A DNA stretch of 64,000 bases from an uncultured Parcubacteria group bacterium (GTDB lineage Bacteria; Patescibacteriota; Patescibacteriia; UBA9934; CAMTUG01). A program made the translations under genes and the position numbers. The notes beneath the pieces are model-generated. The model saw only the letters and a program-made list of their open reading frames with translations. It searched no databases and had not been told where the DNA came from. Positions 30,868 through 40,122 of the stretch are shown in pieces (the stretch's first letter is position 1; each line of letters starts with the position of its first letter). The DNA is taken from assembly GCA_947084965.1 (NCBI GenBank), contig CAMTUG010000004.1, positions 87,490-151,489 on the forward strand, read 5' to 3'.

Positions 30868-31311
30868 ATGCCAACGCTCGCTACCAACAAACGCGCACGA
30901 TTTGACTACGACGTCCTCGAAGAATTTGAGGCCGGGATTAAGTTATCTGGCGGCGAAGTAAAATCGGCCAAAGGCGGGCATGTGCAGCTCGATCGGGCAC
31001 ATATTTCCCTGCGCGGCACGGACGCCTATTTAGTCGGCGCCCATATTTCCTATTATAAACCGAGCGGCCCGCAAACGGACTATGACCCAGAACGCCCTCG
31101 TCGACTTCTTCTCCACAAAAAAGAACTCAACCGATTATTGGGGAAATCAAAGGAAGGCGGATTGACAATTATCCCAATTTCGCTCTATACTAAGGGCGAT
31201 TTGGTAAAAGTTTCCGTAGCTTTAGCCAAGGGAAAAAAGAAATTCGAAAAACGGGAAACGATCAAAAACCGCGAAGTGGATCGCGAGATCCGCCGCGCCA
31301 AACTTGAGTAA
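30868..31311 (+). CDS. smpB: SsrA-binding protein SmpB
   Basis: MPTLATNKRARFDYDVLEEFEAGIKLSGGEVKS matches the SmpB N-terminus. The start is moved to the internal ATG. Confidence 0.9.
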   Translation: MPTLATNKRARFDYDVLEEFEAGIKLSGGEVKSAKGGHVQLDRAHISLRGTDAYLVGAHISYYKPSGPQTDYDPERPRRLLLHKKELNRLLGKSKEGGLTIIPISLYTKGDLVKVSVALAKGKKKFEKRETIKNREVDREIRRAKLE

Positions 31312-31444
31312 TGACGAATGCTTTGAAAAACTCGAGATGCAAGGCGTGGGACAGCGAGCTCTGAGACGTAGGTAAATCCTACGTTGAGGAGCGAGCAGGG
31401 ACCCACAACACAGCAGATCGAGGAATTTCAAAGCATGAGTTTAT

Positions 31445-31826
31445 GGGGGTGTCGGGTATCGACGGGAGTTCATTTTCATGTGAGCAAGCCGAGGACGTAC
31501 GCTACCTCGTAAATACTGCGTGCAACGTAGATAACTGCCAATCTCATCACGAAACTTAGGAACGCGTATAGCGCTCCTGCGTTCGTACCAGCGTTCGCCT
31601 AAGGGCGAACCTGCACTTCCTCCACGATGCTCGATAGTGGATACGAAGTGTTATATATCGAGCTCGGGATTATCTCTTTCGATCGGATAATCTCTAAAGG
31701 CTAGATCGGAACCTTCTGGCGTCTTTTGTTCCGCCTTATTCGTCAGAAGTATTCAGCGGAACTACGCTTGTAGAAACACGTGGGGATTGCTTTCGCACAG
31801 GAGTTCAACTCTCCTCACCTCCACCA
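31445..31826 (+). ncRNA. ssrA: tmRNA (ssrA), one-piece
   Basis: The 5' end GGGGGTGTCGGGTATCGACGGG and the 3' end GGAGTTCAACTCTCCTCACCTCCACCA (T-arm plus acceptor) pair into an acceptor stem. It lies directly downstream of smpB. A candidate tag ORF ends ...AYSAPAFVPAFA-stop. Confidence 0.8.
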
Positions 31827-31889
31827 GTTCATATAACAGACTTTGCTTCGCACGTCTGTCAATCCGGTCAATCCATAAGAAACATTACA

Positions 31890-32441
31890 ATGCGCATTCA
31901 TCGTCACCGAAATCGTGCTCCGAAATTCGAAGCACCAACGTACCGCGTCAACGAACAGATCACCAACGAGACCGTTCGCGTGATCGACGAAGAGGGAGCT
32001 CCCCTTGGCGTCATCAAAACAACGGACGCTCTTGAACGTGCCCGCGAAGCAGGATTTGATCTCGTTGAAGTTTCCCCAAAGGCAGAACCGCCGGTCTGCA
32101 AATTCCTCGAGTACGGGGTTTTTAAATATCAAAAGGAAAAGGAAGCGCGTAAAGCCAAGGCTCAATCAAAGGAGGTGGAGATCAAAGGGATCCGCCTTTC
32201 TCTGCGCATCGGCGTTGGCGATTTGGAGACCCGCAAGAACCAGGCGCTCGGGTTTATGGAGCGCGGGGATAAGGTCAAAATCGAAATTGTGCTCCGTGGC
32301 CGTGAAAAAGCCCACGTCGATGTGGCCAAGGAAGTCATGACCAATTTTATGGAGTCCCTCAAAGCCACCTACCCCCTCCGGATTGAACAGCCGTTCCAGG
32401 CTCAAGCCGGCAGGTTGACAATGATAGTCGCTAGAGTGTAG
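31890..32441 (+). CDS. infC: Translation initiation factor IF-3
   Basis: RVNEQITNETVRVIDEEGAPLGV...FDLVEVSPKAEPPVCKFLEYGVFKYQ matches IF-3. An upstream non-ATG start is possible. Confidence 0.85.
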   Translation: MRIHRHRNRAPKFEAPTYRVNEQITNETVRVIDEEGAPLGVIKTTDALERAREAGFDLVEVSPKAEPPVCKFLEYGVFKYQKEKEARKAKAQSKEVEIKGIRLSLRIGVGDLETRKNQALGFMERGDKVKIEIVLRGREKAHVDVAKEVMTNFMESLKATYPLRIEQPFQAQAGRLTMIVARV

Positions 32442-32496
32442 GATGCGGCGGCATAGGAAAAGGTTAGAGGAAAGAGGAAAAAGTGAAGGAAATTGT

Positions 32497-32682
32497 ATGA
32501 ACAAAACGTATAAAGCACTGGCAAAACGGGTCACCGTGACCAAAACAGGCAAGGTGATCAAACGCAAAGCTGGCCAGGACCATTTTAATTCCCGCGAGAC
32601 CGGCAAGGAACGCCGCAATAAGCGCTCGGATATGGGCGTTTCCAAGCCGATCAACAAGCTCGTCGTGGATAATCTTCAATAA
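32497..32682 (+). CDS. rpmI: 50S ribosomal protein L35
   Basis: MNKTYKALAKRVTVTKTGKVIKRKAGQDHFNSRE. Confidence 0.8.
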   Translation: MNKTYKALAKRVTVTKTGKVIKRKAGQDHFNSRETGKERRNKRSDMGVSKPINKLVVDNLQ

Positions 32683-32684
32683 GT

Positions 32685-33029
32685 ATGCCACGAGTTAAAC
32701 GAGGCGTCATGCACGCCAAAACGCGCCGCAACTTGTTAGCCAAAGTGAAGGGCTACAAGCCAGGTCGCCGCAACAAGATCAAGCAGGCCCGTGTCGCCTT
32801 CTTGAAAGCCGGTGTCAACGCCTACACCTCGCGCAAGTTGAAAAAGCGCGTCAACCGCGGACTCCAGAACATCCGCATCAACGCCGCCGCTCGCGAAAAT
32901 GGCACGATCTACAGCCGCCTGATCGACGCCATGAAGAAAGCGAATATCGAGCTTGATCGCAAAGTGTTAGCCCAGATCGCCGCGGCACACCCAGCCGTCT
33001 TCTCGAAGATCGTCGCCGCGACCAAATAA
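32685..33029 (+). CDS. rplT: 50S ribosomal protein L20
   Basis: MPRVKRGVMHAKTRRNLLAKVKGYKPGRRN; conserved infC-rpmI-rplT gene order. Confidence 0.9.
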   Translation: MPRVKRGVMHAKTRRNLLAKVKGYKPGRRNKIKQARVAFLKAGVNAYTSRKLKKRVNRGLQNIRINAAARENGTIYSRLIDAMKKANIELDRKVLAQIAAAHPAVFSKIVAATK

Positions 33030-33039
33030 AAGAAAATTG

Positions 33040-33085
33040 ATGAGCCCCGCGGAAGTTCTCCGCGGGGCTCTTCTTGTTGTTGTCG
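33040..33085 (+). terminator. Rho-independent terminator of the infC-rpmI-rplT operon
   Basis: GAGCCCCGCGGA-AGTTC-TCCGCGGGGCTC followed by TTCTTGTTGTTGT. Confidence 0.6.
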
Positions 33086-33094
33086 ATCGCTCGT

Positions 33095-33880
33095 TCAGCG
33101 ACCGACCGATCCGCCCGGTCGCCCCTCTCCACCACTTCCCTTGCAGAGCTGAGGTGCGTCCGACTTGGTCGTGCACATGTACTCGACCGCAGCGCAGAGA
33201 CGCCCCGGATCCTGATCCTCGGCCGCGTCGACCAGGTAGGCCTTGCCACCAGGGAAGGTGTAGATCTTCATTCCGGCGTTGACCATCTTGCCACCGGGGT
33301 CGCCACCCTGGGCCTGGTTGCATTCCTTGAGCGCCTTCTCCGCCTTCTTGGCCTGGCGCTGGGACTCTTCGGCCTGGCGCTCGGCCTTGGCCGCATCGGC
33401 CTGAGCTGCCGCGAGTTCTGCGGACATCTTGATGATCTGCTGGCGCAGCTCCTTGGAGCTCGCCTGGCACTCCTTCAGCTCCTTGCGGAGCTTGGGGGCT
33501 TCGGCCAGCGCTTCGATGTCGCCGTCGGACAGATCCTGATTGGCGAGCTCGGTCATCGCCGCCAGGGTCTGGGCGGCCTTCTGCTTGGCTGCGGCCTCCA
33601 GCCGTGCGAGCTCTGCCCGCTTCTGCTTGCTGGCGGCCAGATCGGTCTCCGCCAGCTGCCGCGCCTCCATCTCGACCTTCAGTGCCTGCGCCTTGGCCTC
33701 GAGCTCGACCTCCTTCTCCTTGAGGTCAGCGAACGAAGTGGCGATGATGAGCATCAGCACCCGAATGATCGCCACCTGCCCGAGAACGACGACCAAGAGG
33801 GCGATGTTGAAGCCCGAGAGGATGTCGGACTGCGAGTCGCTCGGGCTGGAGTGAACCCGCTCGTCGAATTCTTCGCTCAC
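33095..33880 (-). CDS. High-GC MotB/ExbD/TolR-like single-TM protein with a long coiled coil and a Cys-containing C-terminal domain (no peptidoglycan-binding domain)
   Basis: TM SDILSGFNIALLVVVLGQV has an Asp at the cytoplasmic end, as in MotB (ADFMTAMMAFFLV), followed by about 150 aa of coiled coil. Its start overlaps (ATGA) the stop of the upstream MotA-like gene. Confidence 0.4.
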   Translation of the reverse strand: MSEEFDERVHSSPSDSQSDILSGFNIALLVVVLGQVAIIRVLMLIIATSFADLKEKEVELEAKAQALKVEMEARQLAETDLAASKQKRAELARLEAAAKQKAAQTLAAMTELANQDLSDGDIEALAEAPKLRKELKECQASSKELRQQIIKMSAELAAAQADAAKAERQAEESQRQAKKAEKALKECNQAQGGDPGGKMVNAGMKIYTFPGGKAYLVDAAEDQDPGRLCAAVEYMCTTKSDAPQLCKGSGGEGRPGGSVGR

Positions 33881-34974
33881 TTGGCACCTCCCTTCTCGCC
33901 CGTCTTGATCTCGAGCACGTAGCCGCCTTCGACCAGCTTCATCTTCAGCGTTCCGCCGTCGAGCCCGCCGATCAGCTCGGCCAGGCGCTCGAAGCGCGGC
34001 CCGAAGACCTCGGTCATCGTGCGCATGATCGCCGCGTTGGCGCGACCGGCGCTCCGCAGCTCGCCCGCGACATCGGCGATCTTCTCGGTCGCTTCGATCA
34101 GCGGCTTGGCCAACTCGTTGTTGGCGGCGAGCGTCAGGTAGGTTGACACCTGGCTCGGCAGGTGCAGCTTGGCCATGATCTCGTCCTGGATCCAGGACTC
34201 GACCTCGGTCAGCGAATCCATCTCCGCGCTCTTGCGGTCGTCGATGAACCGCCCGAGCCAGGCCTTGGCCCCCCAGCCGATGAGGGAGGTGATGAAGGCG
34301 GTCATGACCGTGTACAGGTCGATCGTCGAGGAGTTGGCCGAGAGCTCGGTGAAGAGCTGGAAGGCGTCGAAGCTCTCCTTGGTGATCGTCGGCATCTTGA
34401 AGAGGCCGACCGCCTGCGCCAGGAAGGTCATGAAGCCGATGATCGTACCGATCGCGCCCTCGAACGAGAGCGTCTCGACCTCGGCCTTGATCGTGCCGAA
34501 GCGTTGAGCGACCTTGCGGCGCTCGATCGTCATCTTGGCATCGACGAACTTCTGGATCGACCCTTCGTCCGCGGCGTTGGTGATCTTGGTCAGCAGCGCC
34601 GCGATCAGCCCGTGGACGAGCACCGCCCCGCCGTTCTTGCGCGGGTCGGGGTCGATCAGATCAGGGATGTGCTCGCGGTCGATCACCGGCGTGGTGCCGT
34701 AGAACTTCGGCGGGGCAAAGACCCGGGACTTGGGGATCCGCCAGACGATGTAGCCGAAGAGCTTGAACACCATGTAGATCGTGAAGACCCAGGCCATGGT
34801 GTTGAACGCTCCGGACGCCGTCGCGAAGTAGGAGTAGCCGACGACACCCGACACGCCGGTCAGGGCGATGCCGAACAGGGACCAGATCATGCGAACCTCG
34901 GGGGTGGAGAGATGATGAGACGAAACGATCTGCGGGTTGTCCCGCCGCTTTTGTGCCCGAATACTCGGTCGCAA
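33877..34974 (-). CDS. High-GC MotA/TolQ/ExbB-family proton-channel protein (4 TM)
   Basis: 2 TM, then a cytoplasmic loop, then 2 TM. TM3 reads AIGTIIGFMTFL, matching the family motif LGLLGTV(I/W)G(I/M)xxAF. Confidence 0.5.
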   Translation of the reverse strand: MRPSIRAQKRRDNPQIVSSHHLSTPEVRMIWSLFGIALTGVSGVVGYSYFATASGAFNTMAWVFTIYMVFKLFGYIVWRIPKSRVFAPPKFYGTTPVIDREHIPDLIDPDPRKNGGAVLVHGLIAALLTKITNAADEGSIQKFVDAKMTIERRKVAQRFGTIKAEVETLSFEGAIGTIIGFMTFLAQAVGLFKMPTITKESFDAFQLFTELSANSSTIDLYTVMTAFITSLIGWGAKAWLGRFIDDRKSAEMDSLTEVESWIQDEIMAKLHLPSQVSTYLTLAANNELAKPLIEATEKIADVAGELRSAGRANAAIMRTMTEVFGPRFERLAELIGGLDGGTLKMKLVEGGYVLEIKTGEKGGAK

Positions 34975-34995
34975 AGGCAGAGAGGCAAACGGCAG

Positions 34996-35024
34996 AAATT
35001 ACCAGGGATTTCCATTTCTGTCAA
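34996..35024 (-). promoter_or_regulatory. Consensus-like sigma70 promoter for the MotA-like operon
   Basis: On the minus strand, TTGACA, then 17 nt (GAAATGGAAATCCCTGG), then TAATTT. Confidence 0.45.
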
Positions 35025-35049
35025 TGAAGGGATCCTCAACCTATTTCCC

Positions 35050-35078
35050 TTGACTTTTTCACTAAAGCTAGATATCTT
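35050..35078 (+). promoter_or_regulatory. Divergent sigma70-like promoter for gene 35145..36941
   Basis: TTGACT, then 17 nt (TTTTCACTAAAGCTAGA), then TATCTT. Confidence 0.45.
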
Positions 35079-35144
35079 CTGAGGTCCGCGTTCTTACGTG
35101 GCAACGTTCCCGACAGATCCCATAATCCCAACCAGAGGTCCGCG

Positions 35145-36941
35145 ATGCCTGCCAAAACCCGCCTGAACTGTACGACCGTCCCCGCCGGCCGCACCCTCGC
35201 TGCCGAAGGGACGACAACGCTCACCCTGGGGGTGAACGCGCTGAGCGCCCCCAACTTCAAGTCGAGGGCGGCGCTGATCCAGGACGAGACCAAGGCCCCG
35301 GGCCTGCGCTTCGTCGATCCGGCGACCGGTGACAAGGTCGCCTACCTCGAAGTCGAGATCGTGGGCGGCCGGGTCGAAGTGACGTTCGTCTTCCTCGCGC
35401 GGTGCGAGGCGACCGAGATCGCCTTCGTCCTCGAGCCCCACTCCTCGAAGTTCCAGGAGATCGAGGTTCGCCTGCCCGTCGCGGTCGCGGCCCCGCCCCC
35501 GTCCCCGACCACGCCGGCCGAAGTCGTGGTGGAGCTCACCGACACGCTCCAGCTCATCCACAACGACGGCAGCGTGGCCAAGGGGCTGATGTTCGGCGAG
35601 AGCCAGCCGATCTACCTCGAGGCGAAGGACGCCACGGGACTGCCGATCGCGGTCCGTGCCAAGGTCTCGGTCGTCACGACGATCTCGACGAACGCCGTGA
35701 TCCGCATGGCCGCAGACGCGATCGTGGGCCTGACCGAGCTCGACCTGGAGACGGATGCGCTGAGCGGCAAGTCCGCGCCGTTCATCCTCTGCGACACCGG
35801 GCTCGGCGACGCAACGACGATCCTCACGATCGAGCGACTGGACGAGCTGTTCCCGCCGATCGAAGTCGTGCTGGAGATGTTGCCGTCGCCCCCGCCCCCA
35901 CCCCCGCCCCGCTACGGTCCGCCGCCGGCGTCTCGCCGCTCCACCCCTCGGGTGCGTGCTGCAGAAACGGATGCCCCGGAGCCGGGACATGTGCGCATGG
36001 CCCCTGTGGCCATCGCACCGCCTCTCCCCCTGCCGCCCCCGGACCCCACGATCGTGATTCCGCCCCCGGCCCCGATCGTTCCATCACCCGCCACCGTGGC
36101 TCCACCGCGTCCGGCTGCCCCCCGGCCCCCGCCGACCATCTCGGCCCCGCCCCTGCTCCTCGATCCCGAGTCCGAAAGGAGGAGGGAGCTCGAAGACCTG
36201 CTCGCGACCGCTCGCGGACGGGTCGGAGAACTCGAGCGTGAAGCTGGAACTCGGGACACGCAGATCGCGGGGCTCATTCGTCAGAACGCCGAGCTCGAGC
36301 GCCGGCTCTACGAGAAGTCCGAGGAACACATGAAGGAACGCATTCTCCGCACTCGTCGCGAGCGCGAGGATCAGGAACGGATGGAGCGCATCGGAGTGCT
36401 GGGCCGCGAGATCGAGCGGCTGCGGGGCGTGATCCGCCAGCTGGAGAACACCCCGCCGTCGGCCCGACGTCGGCCCGACGATCCGCCGACCCCACTCGCG
36501 AAGCCCCGATCGGTCCTGCGACTCACCGCCGCCGGAGTGATCACCGCACTCGTCGCGATCCTGATCGCTACGGCCCTTCTCCCCTCGGAGAAGAAGGAGG
36601 TCCTGGCCGCGCAGGCTCGCCGCGGGTGCGTGGTGCTGATGGGTGAAGAGCCCGAGAGCATCACGCCGAGTGGCGCGTCGAAGGCCCAGAAGCCCGCCCC
36701 GGACAGTCCCAAGCTCGAGGTGGTCGTGGTGGAAGACGGCCCCCCGCCGCCCCCGCCCACCAACACCTTCGACCCGCGGAGCCTGTGCACCGAGACGTTC
36801 TCGGACCCGTACGCCACCCGTACGGCCACCTACTGGGGATGCCCCGGCGACGCGGAAGCCCGCTGGGTCTGCCCGATGAAGTGGGTGGACACCGCAAGTC
36901 GATCCTTCGAGATCGACGTCCCTACCTGTCGCAAGCAGTAG
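35145..36941 (+). CDS. High-GC Pro-rich, coiled-coil protein with a C-terminal TM segment and a Cys-containing extracytoplasmic tail
   Basis: Polyproline tracts (PSPPPPPPPRYGPPP), an ERRLYEKSEEHMKER coiled coil and TM VITALVAILIATALL. Confidence 0.5.
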   Translation: MPAKTRLNCTTVPAGRTLAAEGTTTLTLGVNALSAPNFKSRAALIQDETKAPGLRFVDPATGDKVAYLEVEIVGGRVEVTFVFLARCEATEIAFVLEPHSSKFQEIEVRLPVAVAAPPPSPTTPAEVVVELTDTLQLIHNDGSVAKGLMFGESQPIYLEAKDATGLPIAVRAKVSVVTTISTNAVIRMAADAIVGLTELDLETDALSGKSAPFILCDTGLGDATTILTIERLDELFPPIEVVLEMLPSPPPPPPPRYGPPPASRRSTPRVRAAETDAPEPGHVRMAPVAIAPPLPLPPPDPTIVIPPPAPIVPSPATVAPPRPAAPRPPPTISAPPLLLDPESERRRELEDLLATARGRVGELEREAGTRDTQIAGLIRQNAELERRLYEKSEEHMKERILRTRREREDQERMERIGVLGREIERLRGVIRQLENTPPSARRRPDDPPTPLAKPRSVLRLTAAGVITALVAILIATALLPSEKKEVLAAQARRGCVVLMGEEPESITPSGASKAQKPAPDSPKLEVVVVEDGPPPPPPTNTFDPRSLCTETFSDPYATRTATYWGCPGDAEARWVCPMKWVDTASRSFEIDVPTCRKQ

Positions 36942-36959
36942 GGCCCTCACCGCGATGAC

Positions 36960-37003
36960 TCCGTCCTTGGTACGCAAGGACGGAGTTCGCTTTTTTAGCC
37001 AAA
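36960..37003 (+). terminator. Rho-independent terminator of gene 35145..36941
   Basis: ACTCCGTCCTT-GGTACGC-AAGGACGGAGT followed by TCGCTTTTTTAG. Confidence 0.55.
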
Positions 37004-37035
37004 TCGGATTATCATAAAGAGATAAAGTTGAATCT

Positions 37036-37920
37036 ATGAATGAATACACCCCTCGTCCAAAGCCCGAGTTTAAAGGAGAAGCAGAAGATCACGGCGTTGT
37101 TGAATACAAAGCCAGATCAAATCCGGCACTCCATCCAGAAAAACCAAAGCCTATTATTAAGGGGAGCTCCGAGCGTGTCCGTCAGGAAGCTGTTGGTCGT
37201 GTCGAAGCGCGTCTACAGGCCGGAATCGATCTTGATGTCTACAAAGAACAACTCGAAGCCGATCTCCTCCAAACTGAAGATGAGCTTGAACAGATGGACA
37301 ATGATGCCGACATGTTTGCAGAAACGTTTAAAGATGCTGAAAAACTGCGTCTGGAACTTGATCACGTTACGTTTCTCCGCGACAATCCAGCAGAGCTGAA
37401 ACGCGTCGTTGGAACGATCGTTGATAAATTGAGCACCGGTGCGTCAGGCGAAACGACGTTTAGAGTCGCACCAAAAGCAGAGACAACAAAGCCAGTCGCC
37501 CGAGGAGAAAGACCGCAGAGCGCCAAGCCACCGGAAGCCCAACAAGCAAAAGCATCGTTGGAATCAACCGTTGATAAATTTGTCGGCTGGCTGAAAGCAA
37601 AATTTGCGCCAAAGGAAAAACCAGCGGTGCCTCTAACCGCCTACGATCGAGAACAGCCACAACGTAAAGCGGCAGCGATGGCCAACAAAGCGGCGGAATC
37701 AAAAATGCTTCAGGAACGTGCAACGATTGAACGAAAAATTTCTGCCGATCCGCGGGTCATTCGCCTTGAGCGAATCATCTCTGAAGCGAAACTCGAAGGC
37801 AATCGCAAACGCTACCAAGCCGAACTCAACGCCCTCAAAGCCACATTGCGTAAACAGGAATCATTTGATGATCTCCCAGAGATTGAACCAGAAGCGCTGG
37901 AGCACCTCGCGAGCAAATAG
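37036..37920 (+). CDS. Hypothetical charged/coiled-coil protein
   Basis: 294 aa, Lys/Glu-rich and moderate-GC, with no recognisable motif. Confidence 0.45.
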   Translation: MNEYTPRPKPEFKGEAEDHGVVEYKARSNPALHPEKPKPIIKGSSERVRQEAVGRVEARLQAGIDLDVYKEQLEADLLQTEDELEQMDNDADMFAETFKDAEKLRLELDHVTFLRDNPAELKRVVGTIVDKLSTGASGETTFRVAPKAETTKPVARGERPQSAKPPEAQQAKASLESTVDKFVGWLKAKFAPKEKPAVPLTAYDREQPQRKAAAMANKAAESKMLQERATIERKISADPRVIRLERIISEAKLEGNRKRYQAELNALKATLRKQESFDDLPEIEPEALEHLASK

Positions 37921-37940
37921 TCGCACCGCCCAGAGGAATC

Positions 37941-37972
37941 ACGACCAACACCCGTTGGTCGTTTTTCGTCTA
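37941..37972 (+). terminator. Rho-independent terminator of gene 37036..37920
   Basis: ACGACCAAC-ACC-CGTTGGTCGT followed by TTTTCG. Confidence 0.5.
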
Positions 37973-37983
37973 TAAAATTCGAA

Positions 37984-38026
37984 AGCCGCCCCGGAGAAGG
38001 TCGAGGTGACCTTCTCCGGGGCGGCG
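37984..38026 (-). terminator. Long GC hairpin 3' of the POT transporter gene (convergent terminator)
   Basis: GCCGCCCCGGAGAAGGTC-GAGGT-GACCTTCTCCGGGGCGGC, about 18 bp, followed on the minus strand by TTTCGAATTTTATAG. Confidence 0.45.
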
Positions 38027-38050
38027 AGGAGCAGCTCCGGACGCACGCCG

Positions 38051-39391
38051 TTACGCGGCGTCCTGGACGTAGTTGACGACCTTGTACCGACGGGCGATCG
38101 GGATGTAGACGAGCGCCGCCACGAGCATCAGCCCTGCGAAGAACAGGAAGTAGTCGGGGCCCTCGAGCATGCTGGTGCCATCGTCGCGCAGGATCACCGT
38201 GTTCACCAGCGCGGTGAAGGCGTTCCCGAGCGAGATCGCCAGGAGATCGAGGGACATGACCGAGCTCTTCATCGTCTTCGGCGCCTGCGTGTAGCAGAAC
38301 TCGATCAGCGTCACCGAGAGGAAGACCTCCGCGGCGGTGAGGATCACGAAGCAGAGGATCTGCCAGGCGATCGAGGGCTGCCCGCCTGCGTCGATGAGCA
38401 TCTGGACGTAGGCGCAGATGAGGAACGGCACCACCGTCAGGAAGAGGCCGATTCCGATCTTGCGCAGGGGCGAGAGCGGGAAGACGCGGCTGAGGAGTGG
38501 GTAGAGGGCGTAGGTGAAGAGCGGGATGTAGAGCATCACGAGGAACGGGTTGACGCCCTGGATCTGGGCGGACATGAGCTCGAAGCCCAGGACGGTGCGG
38601 TCCATCTTCTCGGCCTGCAGCACCCAGGCCGATCCACTCTGCTCGTAGAGCGAGGAGAAGATCGCGCTGAAGGCAATGATGACCGAGAGGCGGGCCAGAG
38701 TCTTGATCCCCTCGCCGCTGAAGGTCTCGCGCAGGAACGTCAGGCCGCCGGGCGGCACGTGGACGAAGCGGTTGCGGCCGAGCCAGAAGGCGACGGTGGC
38801 GATGAACATCAGGATGCCAGGCACCGCGAAGGCGACCCGCGGGCCGTAGTTCTCGAGCAGCCAGGGGGTGGCGAGCATCGCCAGCCCGCCGCCCATGTTG
38901 ATCGCGAAGTAGAACCAGTTGAACATCTCCGCCATGCGATGGGCGTTGCCCTTGCCGAACTGGTCGCCGAGGTGAGCCGCGACGCACGGCTTGATCCCGC
39001 CCGCGCCGATGGCGATGAGACCGAGGCCGATGGCGAGCCCGGTGCGGGTCTCGTCGAGCGCGAGCGCCAGGTGGCCGAAGCAGTAGACGACCGAGAGCGC
39101 CATGATCGTGCGGTACTTGCCGAGGATGGTGTCGGCGAGCAGCGCCCCGAAGATCGGGAGGAAGTACACCGCCGAAGCGAAGGTGTGGTACCAGACCATG
39201 GCGTCCGCCTCGCTCATCGGCGCGAGCGCGCCGCTGTCGTCGAGGAGGTACTTGGTCATGAAGATCACCAGGATGCCGCGCATCCCGTAGTACGAGAACC
39301 GCTCTGCGGCCTCGTTCCCGATGATGAACGGAATCCCCGGAGGGATGCCGGTCGCCTCTTGCGAAGGCGCCGTTCGACGCATGACGGACAT
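38051..39391 (-). CDS. High-GC POT/PTR2-family proton-dependent oligopeptide transporter
   Basis: IIGNEAAERFSYYGMRGILVIFM (ExxERFxYY motif) and about 12 TM. The start is taken at the internal MSVMRR. Confidence 0.75.
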   Translation of the reverse strand: MSVMRRTAPSQEATGIPPGIPFIIGNEAAERFSYYGMRGILVIFMTKYLLDDSGALAPMSEADAMVWYHTFASAVYFLPIFGALLADTILGKYRTIMALSVVYCFGHLALALDETRTGLAIGLGLIAIGAGGIKPCVAAHLGDQFGKGNAHRMAEMFNWFYFAINMGGGLAMLATPWLLENYGPRVAFAVPGILMFIATVAFWLGRNRFVHVPPGGLTFLRETFSGEGIKTLARLSVIIAFSAIFSSLYEQSGSAWVLQAEKMDRTVLGFELMSAQIQGVNPFLVMLYIPLFTYALYPLLSRVFPLSPLRKIGIGLFLTVVPFLICAYVQMLIDAGGQPSIAWQILCFVILTAAEVFLSVTLIEFCYTQAPKTMKSSVMSLDLLAISLGNAFTALVNTVILRDDGTSMLEGPDYFLFFAGLMLVAALVYIPIARRYKVVNYVQDAA

Positions 39392-39520
39392 GGGAACCTC
39401 GTGGCTTGCGCTCCGTTCGCGGTGAATCGCCGCTGTGGGCGATCGTCGGTCAAGACGGAGAACCGACAGCATCCGATCTGGACGCGACCGTATTTAACCT
39501 GGGGGCATGTGGAAAGTCAA

Positions 39521-40057
39521 TCAAACGGCGTTCGAACGAAAAAGACGATGAAGGTTCGATGCGGCAAAGGCCAGTGCAGTACAAAGGATTGTTACGATAA
39601 AAAGGATAACGGCCGGCCAGAAGGAGTGACCGGAAAGAAGGAACGCGAAGCCGAAAAACGCGTAGCAGAGAATATCCGCACTCAGAATCCAAATAAACAG
39701 CTGGCGAGCGCTCGGCGCGGCGCGAGGAAATAGGTGATGAAGGATCGATCCGATGACGTCGAAGAGCAAAGCCAGGATCAGATACCATCGCAAAATGTAA
39801 GGGACCGGATTTACGGAATAGGAAACATGGGTCAGGCCCGCTTCGGTGAGAATTCGAATGATCGCCGTCTGAATAAATCCTGGATCATATGAAAGGACAA
39901 GAACCAACAGCGCGGACACCCCACAAAACAGAGTGAATGCTTGAAGCAGGATTGCCGGGAGACTCAAAAGATAAGCGATGTAACTGAATACAGCGCGTAC
40001 AACGATCAACAAAAAATCTGTCCCCTTCTGGCGCATCATGTCCTTGAAGTATGGCAC
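39521..40057 (-). CDS. Small polytopic membrane protein
   Basis: 178 aa with 4-5 hydrophobic segments. Confidence 0.4.
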   Translation of the reverse strand: MPYFKDMMRQKGTDFLLIVVRAVFSYIAYLLSLPAILLQAFTLFCGVSALLVLVLSYDPGFIQTAIIRILTEAGLTHVSYSVNPVPYILRWYLILALLFDVIGSILHHLFPRAAPSARQLFIWILSADILCYAFFGFAFLLSGHSFWPAVILFIVTILCTALAFAASNLHRLFRSNAV

Positions 40058-40122
40058 GACGAGCCCAGGCGGACAAATGACCCTCCCATTCGAATCCCGT
40101 CCGATAATGAAAAACGACCAAC

